A DNA stretch of 64,000 bases from Rebecca billardiae RCC1528 (Eukaryota > Protista > Haptophyta). Below, in pieces: positions 11,914 to 23,514 of this stretch. Position 1 is the stretch's first letter. Each line of letters begins with the position of its first letter. The DNA is taken from positions 2,232,001-2,296,000 of the forward strand of contig OZ251231.1 in NCBI GenBank assembly GCA_965240325.2, read 5' to 3'. The position numbers were made by a program, and so were the translations under genes. Below the pieces are notes generated by a model, which was given only the letters and a program-made list of their open reading frames with translations, searched no databases and had not been told where the DNA came from.

Positions 11914-12480
11914 TCAGGAGCTGCCAAGCGCCTGCGCCGTCTCGGCCTGCTTGCCAGATGCATCGACCTTCGTGTTCGAGAGCTTGCTGGCGCCCATCTT
12001 GCTCTCCCCATCGTCCTCCTGGGACGGCGGCTTGCTGCCCTGGTAGTACGAGGAGGCCGCTGCCTGCAAGCTCTCTGCCCGCGCGCGCATCTGCTCCTGG
12101 AACTCGGGCGACTCGAGCTTTTTGATGGCTTCTTCGAGCTCGTCTTCGCTCGGCACGCGCATGCCCATACGCTCCATGGTGTGCCGAGCCTCGGGCGACA
12201 TGAGCGACTCCTTCAGCTGCGAGATGAACTGCGGGTCCTTCATCTGGTTGAGCATCTGGTTCATGAACTGCGGGTCGCGCATCATCGCCTGCGCCTGCTG
12301 CAGCTCCTCGGCGCTCACGTCGCCGAGCGAGGCGAAGCCCTCGGCGCCCGCGCCCGCCGCAGCCGCCTGGCTCGGTGCCGCCTCCTTCCCAGCGGCGCCG
12401 CCGAAGAACGGAAGCGCGCCCGTGGGCGCCGCCAGCAGCAGCGCCGCCGCCGCGACGAGAGACGACCGAGACATTGTCAT
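11914..12480 (-). CDS. Signal-peptide protein with STI1/HOP DP-like repeats
   Basis: Hydrophobic leader MSRSSLVAAAALLLAAPTGA. The Met-rich segment MMRDPQFMNQMLNQMKDPQFISQL resembles STI1 motifs. Start is 12480 or 12474. Confidence 0.65.
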   Translation of the reverse strand: MTMSRSSLVAAAALLLAAPTGALPFFGGAAGKEAAPSQAAAAGAGAEGFASLGDVSAEELQQAQAMMRDPQFMNQMLNQMKDPQFISQLKESLMSPEARHTMERMGMRVPSEDELEEAIKKLESPEFQEQMRARAESLQAAASSYYQGSKPPSQEDDGESKMGASKLSNTKVDASGKQAETAQALGSS

Positions 12481-12681
12481 CAGCCTTGACCTCCGCCGCT
12501 CGAGGGTGTAATCGAAATTCTCTATGGGGGTAATGGACACGTGGCATTTTGATTTGGGCGCCATCATCCTTTTGATCTTCCGGATCGCCCGGAAAATGGG
12601 TGACACTCCTGAGCCAAAGCAGCATAAATAAAAGCGGTGTACCAGCATGGCCGGGCGGCCGGTCGCCGGGTCGGTCCCCCG

Positions 12682-13855
12682 TCACACAGGCACAACCATG
12701 ACCGAGTCGCAGCAGCGCCACCTGCTCACGTGCTGCGCGCACGAGCGCCCAAAGTTGATGCCGACCACGAGGCCGGCCTTCTTGGCGAAGAAGAGCAGCG
12801 GCTCGACCACCACGTACGTCGTTCCGATCGCCACGCCCCACGACGCGGCCGCCCATCGCGCGCGCCGGAAGGACAGCAGCCGCGTGTACACGACGACCAG
12901 GAGCGCGCACCAGACGAAGAGGGCCCACGCGACCATAAAGCCCGCGAGGAGCTGCGCCGCCGCGCGCACGCGCAGAAGCGGCGTCGGCCGCGGGTGCGCG
13001 CGCGTGCCCGTGCCTACCTGCGCGCGCCACAGCCGCGCGTGATACCACGAGCGGAATTCTGAAAACGAGACGGCGCCGTCGCCGTCGCCGTCGAGCTCTC
13101 TGCGCATCTCGTCGAGCAGCTCCCCCACCTCGTCCTCGTGCGTCGACTGCGTCACCACGTTGCGCACCATCCGGCCGAGCGCGTGCACGTCCAGCGCGCC
13201 GCCGCCCTGCGGGTCGAAGGCGTCAAACACGGCACGCAGCGCGCGCACCACCGCAGGGTCCATGCCGTGCGCCCACTCCGGGGCGTGCGCGCCGTGCGGC
13301 GGCGCGGCCTCCTCGTGCGGCGGCGCATCGGGGCGCTCCGATAGCGCGGCGGACGTGGCACGCGCCGTCGGCTTGCGCTCGGGCTCGGGCTCGGGCGCGC
13401 TGGGCGTGGGTGTGTGCGCGGGCGGCGGCGCGAGCGGAGGCGGCGGCGGCTCCGATGGCGCTGGCTCAGCCTGCGCCTCGTCCTCGTGCGCGCCCGTCGG
13501 CTCGTCGGGCTCGGAGCCAATGTCGGTCACTTGCTCCGGCGAGGCCGCCGGCTCCAGCGCCTCCGCAGCCGGCGGCTCCGGCGCCGGCTCGGGCCGCGCG
13601 CCGCGCGTCTGCTCGGCCGCTGGCTCGTGCGGCGCGCCCGGCGCGTGCAGCTCGCCCTCTGCATCCAGGCCGAGATTGTCGAGGTCGCCCTCGCCCAGCT
13701 CGAGCTGCAGCCGCGTCGGCACGCCGTTCACGCGCCTGCGGCCGAGCCAGCCGCCCCACTCGCGCTGCCTGCGGCGCAGCGCGCCCAGGGCACGCACGGG
13801 GCGCGACGCGCTGCGCGTGCGCACCGGCGCCGGCTCTGCGCTCGAGGGCTGCGGC

Positions 13856-13886
<31 letters not shown>

Positions 13887-16800
13887 GCGGCGGCGACGGC
13901 GGCGGCGACGGCGGCGCGTTCGTCCTTTCGCGCGATGAGCGCGGGCGCTGCCCGGGCGGGCTCACGATCGCGCGGCGCGAGCTCGACGACGCGTTCGAAG
14001 GCTGCGTGCCAAGCGGCGGCGCAGGCGTGCCGTGCGCGGGCGTGCCGTGCGCGGGCGTGCCGTGCGCGGGCGTGCCGTGCGCGGGCGTGCCGTGCGCGGG
14101 CGTGCCGTGCGCGGGCGTGCCGTGCGTGGGCACGCGCACGCGGAAGGCCGGCCGCACGGCGGCCTCGTCGTCGAGCGCCCGCGCGACCCGCTGCACGAGC
14201 GCGCGGTGCAGCCGGTCGAGCAGCGAGCCCGCGCGGCCGGCGCCCCAGGCGAAGACGAGGCGGAGGATGCCGTACACCGGCGTGGCGACCGCCGCGGTGA
14301 TCGCGGCGGTGGTCAGCAGCCAGACGAGGCTCACGCTGGCGCCGCCGTCGGGCTCGTCAGCCGCGGCCGCGCCGGCGGCGGCGTGCACGTCGGCGCTCGC
14401 GGGCGCGTCCGCGGCCGCGCGGCCGCCGCCGGCCGTGCTGCCGCCGGTGTACAGCGCGGCCTCGACGGCGATCTCGAGCATCACCATGCACGCGAGCAGC
14501 TGCACCGTCTCGGCGCGCCGCGTGTTGTCCGGGTCGCCCAGAGCCAGCGCGAGCACCGTCTGGTTGCGCAGCTGGCCGGCGACGCTGCGGCCGAGCGCTC
14601 GCGCGAGGTAGTGCGTGCGCGTCTCGCGGCGCCGCGCGCGCCGCCGCTCCTCCGCGCCCTTGTGCAGCGCGGCGCGCGTGGAGTTGCCGCGCGCGCGGGC
14701 CTGGATCGCGACGACCGCCGCGTCCACCGCGTCGTCGAGCCCGTCCAGCCGCCTCTCGAGCGCCGCGGCCACCTTGTCCGCGCGCGTCGTCGACTCGAGC
14801 TCGGCCGCGGCCGCGGCCGCGCGCACGCGGCCGTGCGCGCGCAGGTCGAGCGCGCCGCCGATCACGAGGCCGAGGAAGCAGAGGGCGGAGACGGTGCCGA
14901 CGAGGGCGAGCGCGTACCGGCCGTCGACCGTCTGCACGAGCCCGCGCGTGTCCGCCAGCACCGCGCCCGCCTCCTGCGCGCTGAACGTGTTGACGCGCGT
15001 GCCGGCCAGCTCCTCCACCGCCTCCGCGCCGCTCGCGGGCACGTCCAGCACTCCAAACGAGGTGAGGTGCGTGCACGCGCACGCGTACGTGGAGGGCGTC
15101 GCGGGCGGGGCGGGCGGCGGGCGCGGCGGGGCGGGCGGGGCGGGCGGCGGCGGCGGCGCAGGCGGCGGGTAGGGCGGCGGCGGCGGCAGCGGCGGCGGCG
15201 GCGGGTAGGGCGGCGGGTAGGGCGGCGGGCGCTCTGTCGTCGTCGTGCCGTCGCCGCTCGGCGGCGGCGGCGGCGCGCTCGGCGGCGGCAGCGGCGGCGG
15301 CGGCGGCGGCGGCATCGGCGGCGGGCTCGGGTCGAGCTGCAGCGCGCAGCCGCTCGAGCGCCACAGCTCCGCCGCGGTGTCCCACCAGTGGCACGCCAGC
15401 ACGCGCTCGCAGCGCGCACCCGCCCAGCCGTCGCGGCACGCGCACGCCCCGGCTGCGCACTCGCCGCGGCCGCACTCGGCGCGCGCCGCGCACGCGGCGC
15501 CGCCCGCGACGACCGAGGTCGAGCGCGGGACGTGCACGACGATTGGGTCGGCCTCGTCCACGCCCTGCACCTGCAGCGCCTCCGCGGCCGAGCCCGCGCG
15601 CACCAGCGCAAAGTCGACCACCTCCGAGTGCAGCTGGGGCGCGCCCGACCCCTCGGCCGTTCCGTTCTCCCCGGCACCCTCGGCCGCGCCCTCGGTGAGC
15701 GCGCGCCTCGCGCCGCCGCGCGCGCGCACGCGCGCCGGATAGGGCGAGGTGCTGAGCGCGACGAGCACGCCGTCGACGGCCTCGACGGCCTCACCCGACG
15801 CGTCCGACGCGTTGGCGACGAGCTCGGCCAGCAGGCCCGCCGGCAGGTCGGCGCGCGCCACGTCGGATGCGGTGCCGCCGCTGCTGCCGTTGCCGCCGCC
15901 GCCCACGCTCGCCGGCGCGGCCGAAGCGGCGCGGTCGGCGCGCAGCCGGGCGGCGCTCACGCGCAGCCCCGCGGCCACGTCCTCCACGCCGAGCTCCGCC
16001 TCGCCCGGCGTCGCGCCGACGAGCAGCCCGCTCCCCAGCTGCTCCATCGTCGCGACCGACGCGGCCAGCACGCCCTCCGCCGCGCCGGCCGCGTCCGCGT
16101 CCGCGCCGTCCGCATCGCGCTCGCCCGCGCCCACGACCGAGCCGATCGCGCGCAAAATGTTGGCGGCGGTGGGCGCGTCGACGCCCGAGGGCGCGGCGCG
16201 GAGCACGATGTCTCGCGCCTGCGCGAGGCCGGCGGCCTGCACCGCGCCGTCGAGCGCGGCGCTGTCCGCGCCCAGCGCGTCCGCCAGCGCCACCGCCTCG
16301 TGCGCGCGCAGCGTCGCGCTCGGCACCGACGCGGCGGCCGCCTCGCCGAGCACGCCCAGAAGCTGGGACACGCGCGCGGCGCTGAGCACGCCGCTGCCGC
16401 CCGACGCGGTGGCGGCGAGCGCGGAGACGGCCTGGAACGCGCCGTCCGGCCGGCCGAGGTCGAGCGCGGCCGTCGCCTCCGCCAGCGAGCTCGCCACGTC
16501 GTCGTCGCCCAGCACGTCGGGCGCGCGCGCGCTGAGCGGCGCATACGCGGAGGCCGCGCCCCCGTGCACGTCGAGCACGCGGACGCGCGCCACCCACTCG
16601 CCGCTCGGCAGCGTCGTCTCCGCGCGCGAGGCGAGGCTCACGTCGCCGAGCTGGCGCTCGGCCGCGGCCGCGCCGGCGGTGCCGCCGCCGCCGCCGCCGC
16701 TGCTCGCGCTCGCCGCCGCGTACGAGAAGCCGTAGCTGAGCGGCAGCTCGTCCGGCTCATCAGCCCAGAGGCGCGCGCGCAGCACAAATCGCGTGCGCAG

Positions 16801-19632
16801 CGCGTCGCCCGCGGCCGGGCTGGCGGCGAGCAGGCCGCCGTACGGGGGGCGGTTGGTGAGCACGCGGACGGAGGCGACGGCGGTGCCGCCCGCGCCGGAC
16901 GCGCGCGTCGCGGAGAGCTCGAAGACGTACGCCACGCCCGCGCTCAGCGCGCCGCTGCGGAACGCGAGCGTGGGCTGCGCCGCGCCGGTCGTCGTCACGA
17001 GGCTCGCGTCGGCAAGGTCGAGCGGCGCCTCCGCGCGCTCGCCTCCGCCGAGGTCGAGGTACGCGCGCCAGCGGAGGTTGACGCGCGCGCCGCCCGCGTC
17101 GACGCTCGCGCGCAGCGCGATCTTGCGCGTCGGCAGCGACCACACCGCGTTGAGCCGCGCCGCCGCGTCCGCCTGCAGCGCCACGCGCGGCGGGTTGAGG
17201 GCGGCCACGCTCACGCGCACGCTTCCACTCGCGCGCGCGCGCGGCGCGCCCGAGGTGGCGAGCGAGCTCGCGACGACGGTGGCGAGGTAGAGCCCGGGGG
17301 CGAGCGCGCCGGCGGGGACGCGCAGCACGGGCGCGTCCGCGCGCGCGCCCAGCTGCGCGAGCTCGAGCTCGCCCTCGCCGCCCGCGAGCGTCCAGTTGAA
17401 CGCGAGCGTGAGGCCACCGCCGCCGCTGCCCGCGCTCGCCGCCAGGTTTGGGTCGTAGCTGCGCGACGCGTCGACGGCCAGCGCGGCGCCCGCGGGCAGC
17501 GTGCGGTCGCCGCCGCTGATGGCGAGGTGGATGGGCTGCGCGCGCACCACGAGCTCGACGCTCGCGTTCGCCGCGGCGGCCGGCTCCTCCGCCACCCAGC
17601 AGCGCACGCCGAGCGCGTAGCTCAGCCCGGGCGACAGCGTGAAGGGCGGCAGCTCGAGCGTCGCGCGGTGCGGCGGCGGCGGCAGCGGCAGTGCCGCGGC
17701 CGAGCCGTCGGCCGGGCGGCGGCTGAGCGTCTCGACGACGCCGAGGAGGCGCCACTCAAAGGTGAGCCGGCTCGCCGCGGCGGCTGGCCAGCACGGCGCG
17801 AGCGCCGCCTGCGCGTGCAGCCGCAGCTCCGCCGCGGGCAGCGCGCCCACCTGCGGCGCGCCCGCCACCTGCACCGACGGCTCGGCGCCGCCCGTGCGCA
17901 CCACGCGCGCGAGCGTGGGCGCAGACGACGTGCCAAAGGCGTTGGTCACGACGAGGGAGACGACGAGCTCCCCGCTCAGCCCCTCCAGCTGCGTGAGCAC
18001 CAGCTCCGCCGCCGACGCCTCCGCCTCCGCCGCCTCCGCCGCGAGCGCGGCCGGCGGCGGCTCTCCGCCCACCGACTCCACCGCCCACGCGTGAGCGAGG
18101 CCGAGCACGCCGCCGCCCGTCGAGCCGCTGCCGTCGAGGAGCAGCGAGATGCCGGGGCAGGCGGAGATGGTGGAGGGCGCGCTCACGTGCGCGACGGGCG
18201 GCCCGCACGTGCTCCCCGCCGGGCAGCTCGGCGCCGAGAGGGCCACCGCCACTCCCGACACGCACCCGCCCTGCGAGCACGGCGCGCTCGCCGGCACCGT
18301 GGACGCGCGCAGCAGATACTGGTCGCGGATCGCGACCGTGTCCGTGGGCCCCAGGGTGCTGCTGTGCGAGAGCGTGGCGATGAGGAGCTCGTCGGAGTCC
18401 CAGTAGCACGCGTCGTGCGAGCCGCCGCCGCTCCCCTTCACCGCGAGCAGCGTGTTCGGCTCGAGCACGCGGCCGCAGTCCGCCACGCCCTCCATGCCCG
18501 CGCGGTCGGTCGGGCCGGAGAATCGGAACTCGACGCGCGTGCCGTCCCAGCTCATGGCCGCGCTCTGCAGCACGGGCACGACGAGGGTGGCGAGGCGGAG
18601 GCGGTTGTCGTCGCGGTCGGCGATGACCAGCTGCACGCCCGACGGCGTCCACGCCGTCGCGTACGGCCGCATGAACCGCGCGCTCGTCGCGACGCCATCC
18701 GTGTACCCCGCGCCGCCGCCGCCCGCGAGCGTCGACGCGCGGGCGGCCGAGATGGACACGCGGCGCACCGCGGCGTTGGAGCCGTCGGCGACAGTGAGCG
18801 AGCGGCCGGTGGGGCTCGCGTCGAGGTGCTGCGGCGCGGAGAAGCGCACGAGCCCGCCCGCGCCCTCCGCGTACCCCGCCGCCGTCCCGCCCGCGAGCAC
18901 CGTCGTCTCGCCGGTCGAGGTGTGCACGCGGTACACGTTGTGCCGCCCCTGGTCGGTTACGTACGCGTAACGGTCGTCGCCCGCGGGGATGGCGACGCCG
19001 CGCAGCCAGTTGAACGTGTGGCCCGGGGGCCCGCCGCTCAGCGTCGACGTGGACCAGCCGGCCGTCTCGATCCGCCGCACGTTCCGCCCCATCTGCTCGA
19101 CGAGGATGAGGAAGCTGCCGTCAGACGAGCTCGCAATGCCGCCCGGCCGGTTGAAGCGCGCGCTGTTGCCGGCGGCGTCGATGCTGGCCGGGGCGTACGG
19201 CCAGCCAACGGGGGTCGAGATGCTGTTCGACCCGCTCAGCTGCACCGCGCGCACCACGCTCGCGTGCCAGACCGTCACGTACAGCGTGCCGCCGTCGGCA
19301 GAGACCACGGCCGCCTGCGCCGTCTCCAGCTGCACTTCGCCTGTACCGCAGAGGCCGGCGATGGTGCTCACGGCACCGGTCGCCATGTTGAGCTTGCGGA
19401 CGGAGCCGCTGTCGACGATGTACGCGAAGTCCCCGGCCCGGTCCATCGTCACGTCCTCCAGCGCGTCGAAGGTGGCGAGCTCGCCTACGCCGTCCGCGCA
19501 CCCTCGCGAGCCGTTGCCCGCGAGCGTGATGACGCCATACTCGGGCTCGGCGGAGAGCGAGAGGTGCGGCGCGAGGAGCGCCGCGAGCAGCACCGCGCGC
19601 AGCGCGAGCCGCAAGCCTCGCCTCCGCGCCAT
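12682..19632 (-). CDS. Polycystin-1/REJ-like GPS membrane protein A: signal peptide, NHL repeats, PKD/REJ region, EGF-like, GAIN/GPS, 5 TM, cytoplasmic EF-hand pair
   Basis: Signal MARRRGLRLALRAVLLAALLA. NHL motifs (ARFNRPGGIA, IADRDDNRLR). REJ motif NRPPYGG...W.DEPDELPLSYGF. GPS CHWWD...WRSSGC...CACTHLTSF. EF-hand DGDGDGAVSFSEF. A possible in-frame intron lies at 13017-12952. Confidence 0.85.
14021..14125 (-). repeat. 15-nt tandem repeat x7 encoding (HGTPA)7 in the cytoplasmic loop of GPS protein A
   Basis: Seven consecutive gcgggcgtgccgtgc-type units on the + strand. Confidence 0.95.
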
Positions 19633-19895
19633 GTGCGCGGCGCGCGGCGCGCCCCCTGCCCGGTGGTGAGGCCCCGCGCCGGCAGCGAAACCCCAAGCGA
19701 CGCTCGATTTAGATAAGCTGCGGTTGGCGTGTTTACCCGCTTCATAGTCGCGCAATTCGCCAATCGGCACATCGATACTACGTTCGTGGGCAGCGTTCTC
19801 GCGTCGTTCTGATTGATGTGCAATACCATGCGGGTACATGTGTCTTTTTGACGAGACTCAGCCGAACCGCGGTCCGCGGGCAAAGGGCGGCGGGC

Positions 19896-21586
19896 ATGTC
19901 GGCCCAGGGGCGGCTCATGCAAGAGTACCAGACACTAGCGAAGCAGACGACGCCGTCCGTCTTCGCGCGCCCAGACGAGGACGACGTGATGCACTGGACC
20001 GCGCTCATCGTCGGTCCGCCCAACACGCCTTACGCGCGCGGCCTCTTCCACTTTGACATGCGCTTCCCGCGCGACTACCCGAACACGCCGCCCAAGGTGC
20101 TGATCACGACGACGTCTTCCGCGAACGTGCGCTTCAACCCGAACCTCTACAACAACGGCAAGGTGAGCGCGCGCCCACGCCGTAGCGGCGGCAGCCAGCT
20201 CGGGGCACGTGCGCGCGCGCGCGCGCGGCGGCGGTCGTGACATGGTCTGCGCGGCACCGCGCGCGTGCTGCGCAGGTCTGCCTCTCCATCCTGGGGACGT
20301 GGCGAGGTGCGCGCGCGAATGGGTGCTCTACCTGTGCCGCGCCGCCTCCGCTGCCCTCGCCGCGTCCATCACCGCGTCCTGCCGCGAGCCGCGCCGTGCG
20401 CGCGCGCATGCTCTCACACCGGCTGCACGCGCACCCCACGCGCGCGCAGCCGAGTCGTCGGGCGAGCAGTGGTCGGCGGTGCAGAACGTGCAGTCCGTGC
20501 TCCTCTCGATCCAGTCGCTCATGCACGACAAGCCGTACCACAACGAGCCCAACTTCGAGGCGGACGACGGCTCGGGCGACATCGAGCGGTACAACGACAA
20601 GATTGCACACGAGACGCTGCGCGTGGCGGTGGTCGAGGTGATGGAGGACACGCTCGACGCGCGGCCGACGCCGAACGGCGCGGTGGCGTCGTTCGCCGAC
20701 CTGCGCAAGCAGCTCTTCCTCATGCAGCACGACAACTACGTCAAGACCCTCGAGAGGTGGGCCGCCTCCGCCGCGTCGCACGTGCGCGACGGCCGTCAGT
20801 TCAAGATGATGCCGTTCGAGTGCTCAACCAATGGCATGCGAGGCTCGTTCGCGTGGCGCAACGTGGGCGAGCGGCTGCGCGCGCTGCGCAAGCGCGTGGA
20901 CGAGGAGATGGACGGGTGGCGGCAGATCGGCGTCGAGCAGGCCGCGCTCGCGCGCTCGGGCTCCGCCATCGGCCTCTCGCCCGCCGTCTCCACCGTGCGC
21001 GAGCAGCTCGCCAAGCTGCACGCCGACCCGCCCGAGCTGTGCTTCCTCGGGCCGGGCGAGGAGAACGCGCTCGTGTGGGAGGTGTCGCTGCTCGGGCCGG
21101 AGGGCACCTCGTTCGAGGGCGGCTGCTTCCAGCTCGAGATTCTCTTCCCGCCCAACTACCCCGACTCGTGCGCGCGGCGCGCGCCGTGCGCGCCCGCACC
21201 CATCCGCCGCCGGCTGCGCGTCCGGACCGCCGCCCACCCGCGGCGCCTCGCCCCCGCACGCCCGCGCTTCAACCCGCCCCCGCGCGCGCGCCGCGCGCAG
21301 CTCGCCGCGAATCCGCTTCACGACGAGCATATATCACCCGAACATCTCGCCCGAGGGCGTGCCGTACCTGCCCACGCTGCTGCTGTGGCACGCGGTCGCG
21401 CCGCGGCAGCGCAGCGCCAAACAGCTGCTCGAGGAGGTGCGCGCGCTGCTGCTGCGCAAGCCCGACCCGGAGCCGATCACGCACCTGAACGTGGACGCGG
21501 CCGCGCTGTGCTTCTCGATGGACGAGGAGTCGCGTAAGCGGTACAGACGGGAAGCGAGGCGATGCGCACAGCGAAGCAACGAGTGA
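19896..21586 (+). CDS. Tandem ubiquitin-conjugating (E2) protein: UBE2Z/UBE2O-type domain plus a second Cys-less E2 domain; exons 19896-20162, 20276-20306, 20450-21167, 21301-21586
   Basis: Spliced domain 1 reads RFNPNLYNNGK|VCLSILGTWR|A..EQWS..QSVLLSIQSLM..PYHNEP. Domain 2 reads GPEGTSFEGGCF..FPPNYP..PRIRFTTSIYHPNI. Three GT-AG introns. Confidence 0.9.
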
Positions 21587-23514
21587 CACGGGCCTGTCAG
21601 TGTGTGACTCAGTGTCCCGCGTCCGGCGCGCGTGCTCGGTGCTGTGAGTCAGTGTGAGGCTGTACTTTAAATAAGAATACGTGTGACAGTCGTCTGTGTT
21701 CTGTGCAGGCGCGCTGCTGGTCTGAGTCGTCATACGTCAAGCTCGTCAGCAGTTGGAATCGCCGCTCAAGGCCGAGGATTGCCAGATTAGTGAGGGTCCC
21801 GCTCGACTTCGAGTCACGCGCGGTCCGGCGCGGTTCGGCCCGGGGGCGTCGGTTCACGGTTGGCCGCGCCGCGGGCTCGTCCATATTATTTATTAATAAA
21901 ATGCGCGACGATTAATAGAGTATTATTTATTAATACGACGCGCTCCTACCGGTGACCGTTTTACTATAATAAATTATGCAGGTGCCGCGGCGGGACCTGC
22001 TGAAACACGTCGCTACTGACGATGAGATGGGCCATCAACGTCAATCAAGAGTCGCTCTCAGTACATAGCGCCATTAATTATATAATAGACCTTACTGGCC
22101 GCGGATGGCGACAGGATTAAGTGGTTCTGGTTGCAGCGAGCGGCGCGCTCTGCGTGTGGCCAGGGCTGGCTTGGATGTACAGCTCAACCGACTAGCGGGC
22201 ACTAGCGGTTGGCTCTGAAGGCAGGCCCTAACGGAGCCCCCGTGAGTGGCATGCATCGGCTGAAATTCGCATCTGGCACACGGCACATGGACGGTACCGC
22301 ATGGTTGCATTTGACCGTGTCGGCGGGCGGGTTGGTGTGACCACTGGTGGGCCTTCAGCGTTCGCTGCGGGTCGTGGCGCCGAGTGTACGGTCCTTGCCT
22401 GCACGGCCAGAGCCGATCGACCTTGGCTGTGCAGCACAGCAGCAGCGGCTGTGCAAGAGAGGTGTGCAACTGGTACGGGATTGCTGGACCGATCGGGCCG
22501 TACATGCTCCTGATGTAGCGCTACGCCCGGGCTCGCCCAGGGCTGTCGAGCGCAATGCGCATGTCGCATAGTCACCGACCATGCCACGTTATAATACCTG
22601 GGCGGCCTTGAGCGGGCCTCGCTGGCTACAGACATGATGCGCACGGAAGCCCGATTACGGCTTCGACCAGCCTTGTGCCGACTGTCCGAATGACCCAGAG
22701 GGGTGCTCAACGCGGGCTGCCCGGCTATGCGCGGTCGCAGATAGACCCAATGGGCTGCACACGAGCCGAGCTGGCCGCTCCTGACCCCGCGCGAGGCAGC
22801 CACAGCCGTACGCTGAGCTGCTGCCCAAAGCGTCTAGTGTAATCCGGTTGGAGACCCTGTCCCTAACGCACTATCGGCCATATACCGAAGGACCTGCTCA
22901 TAATGACTAATACGTTCAAACGTTGACCGATAGTACAGTACTTCGATGATTGATGAAGCAGATAACTACCAGAACTATGTTGTGGTGTATCTGCTGATAG
23001 ACGATACTAAGGTATTATACTACGACAATACTTCAACGGCCTCCTAGGAGCACCCACAGAAATATCAAATACAGTATGGCTGGTGGATCCTCACGAACGC
23101 TTATCATGATGGCAGCTTTTATCGACTCTCTGGGGAGCCCCTGATTCAGACTGATTCAGAGAGCTTGAAGCGAAAGCACCCCCGTTCCGATGCGCGCCCA
23201 TACTCATTCCATGATTTAACGACACTGTACATATCGGCATCGTCAATATTGATGGGCAGCAATTCGTCGTCCGGTACCCCCATATCATCGCAGTAGTAGT
23301 TCTGCGAATTGCGACCAGACTTGGGAAGGGATTTTTGTTCTCCCCGCCTGTGTCTTTAAATCATAGAATTAGTAGGCGCGCGCGCGCGGCGCGGCCGAGG
23401 CGGAACGTTGCAAAACCAGAATTGCTGAAGTCGAAAGTGAGCATGAACTTCGCGCGTCGTCACTCACTCGTCGGTCGATCGAGAAGCAGTGACTTCTGCC
23501 CTGCTCTCACGAGC

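Noticed and set aside
21587-23514. 1.9-kb intergenic region with short ORFs and a 15-bp AT-rich direct repeat (21884/21921)
   Set aside because: No coding bias, recognisable domain or element termini that I can support.
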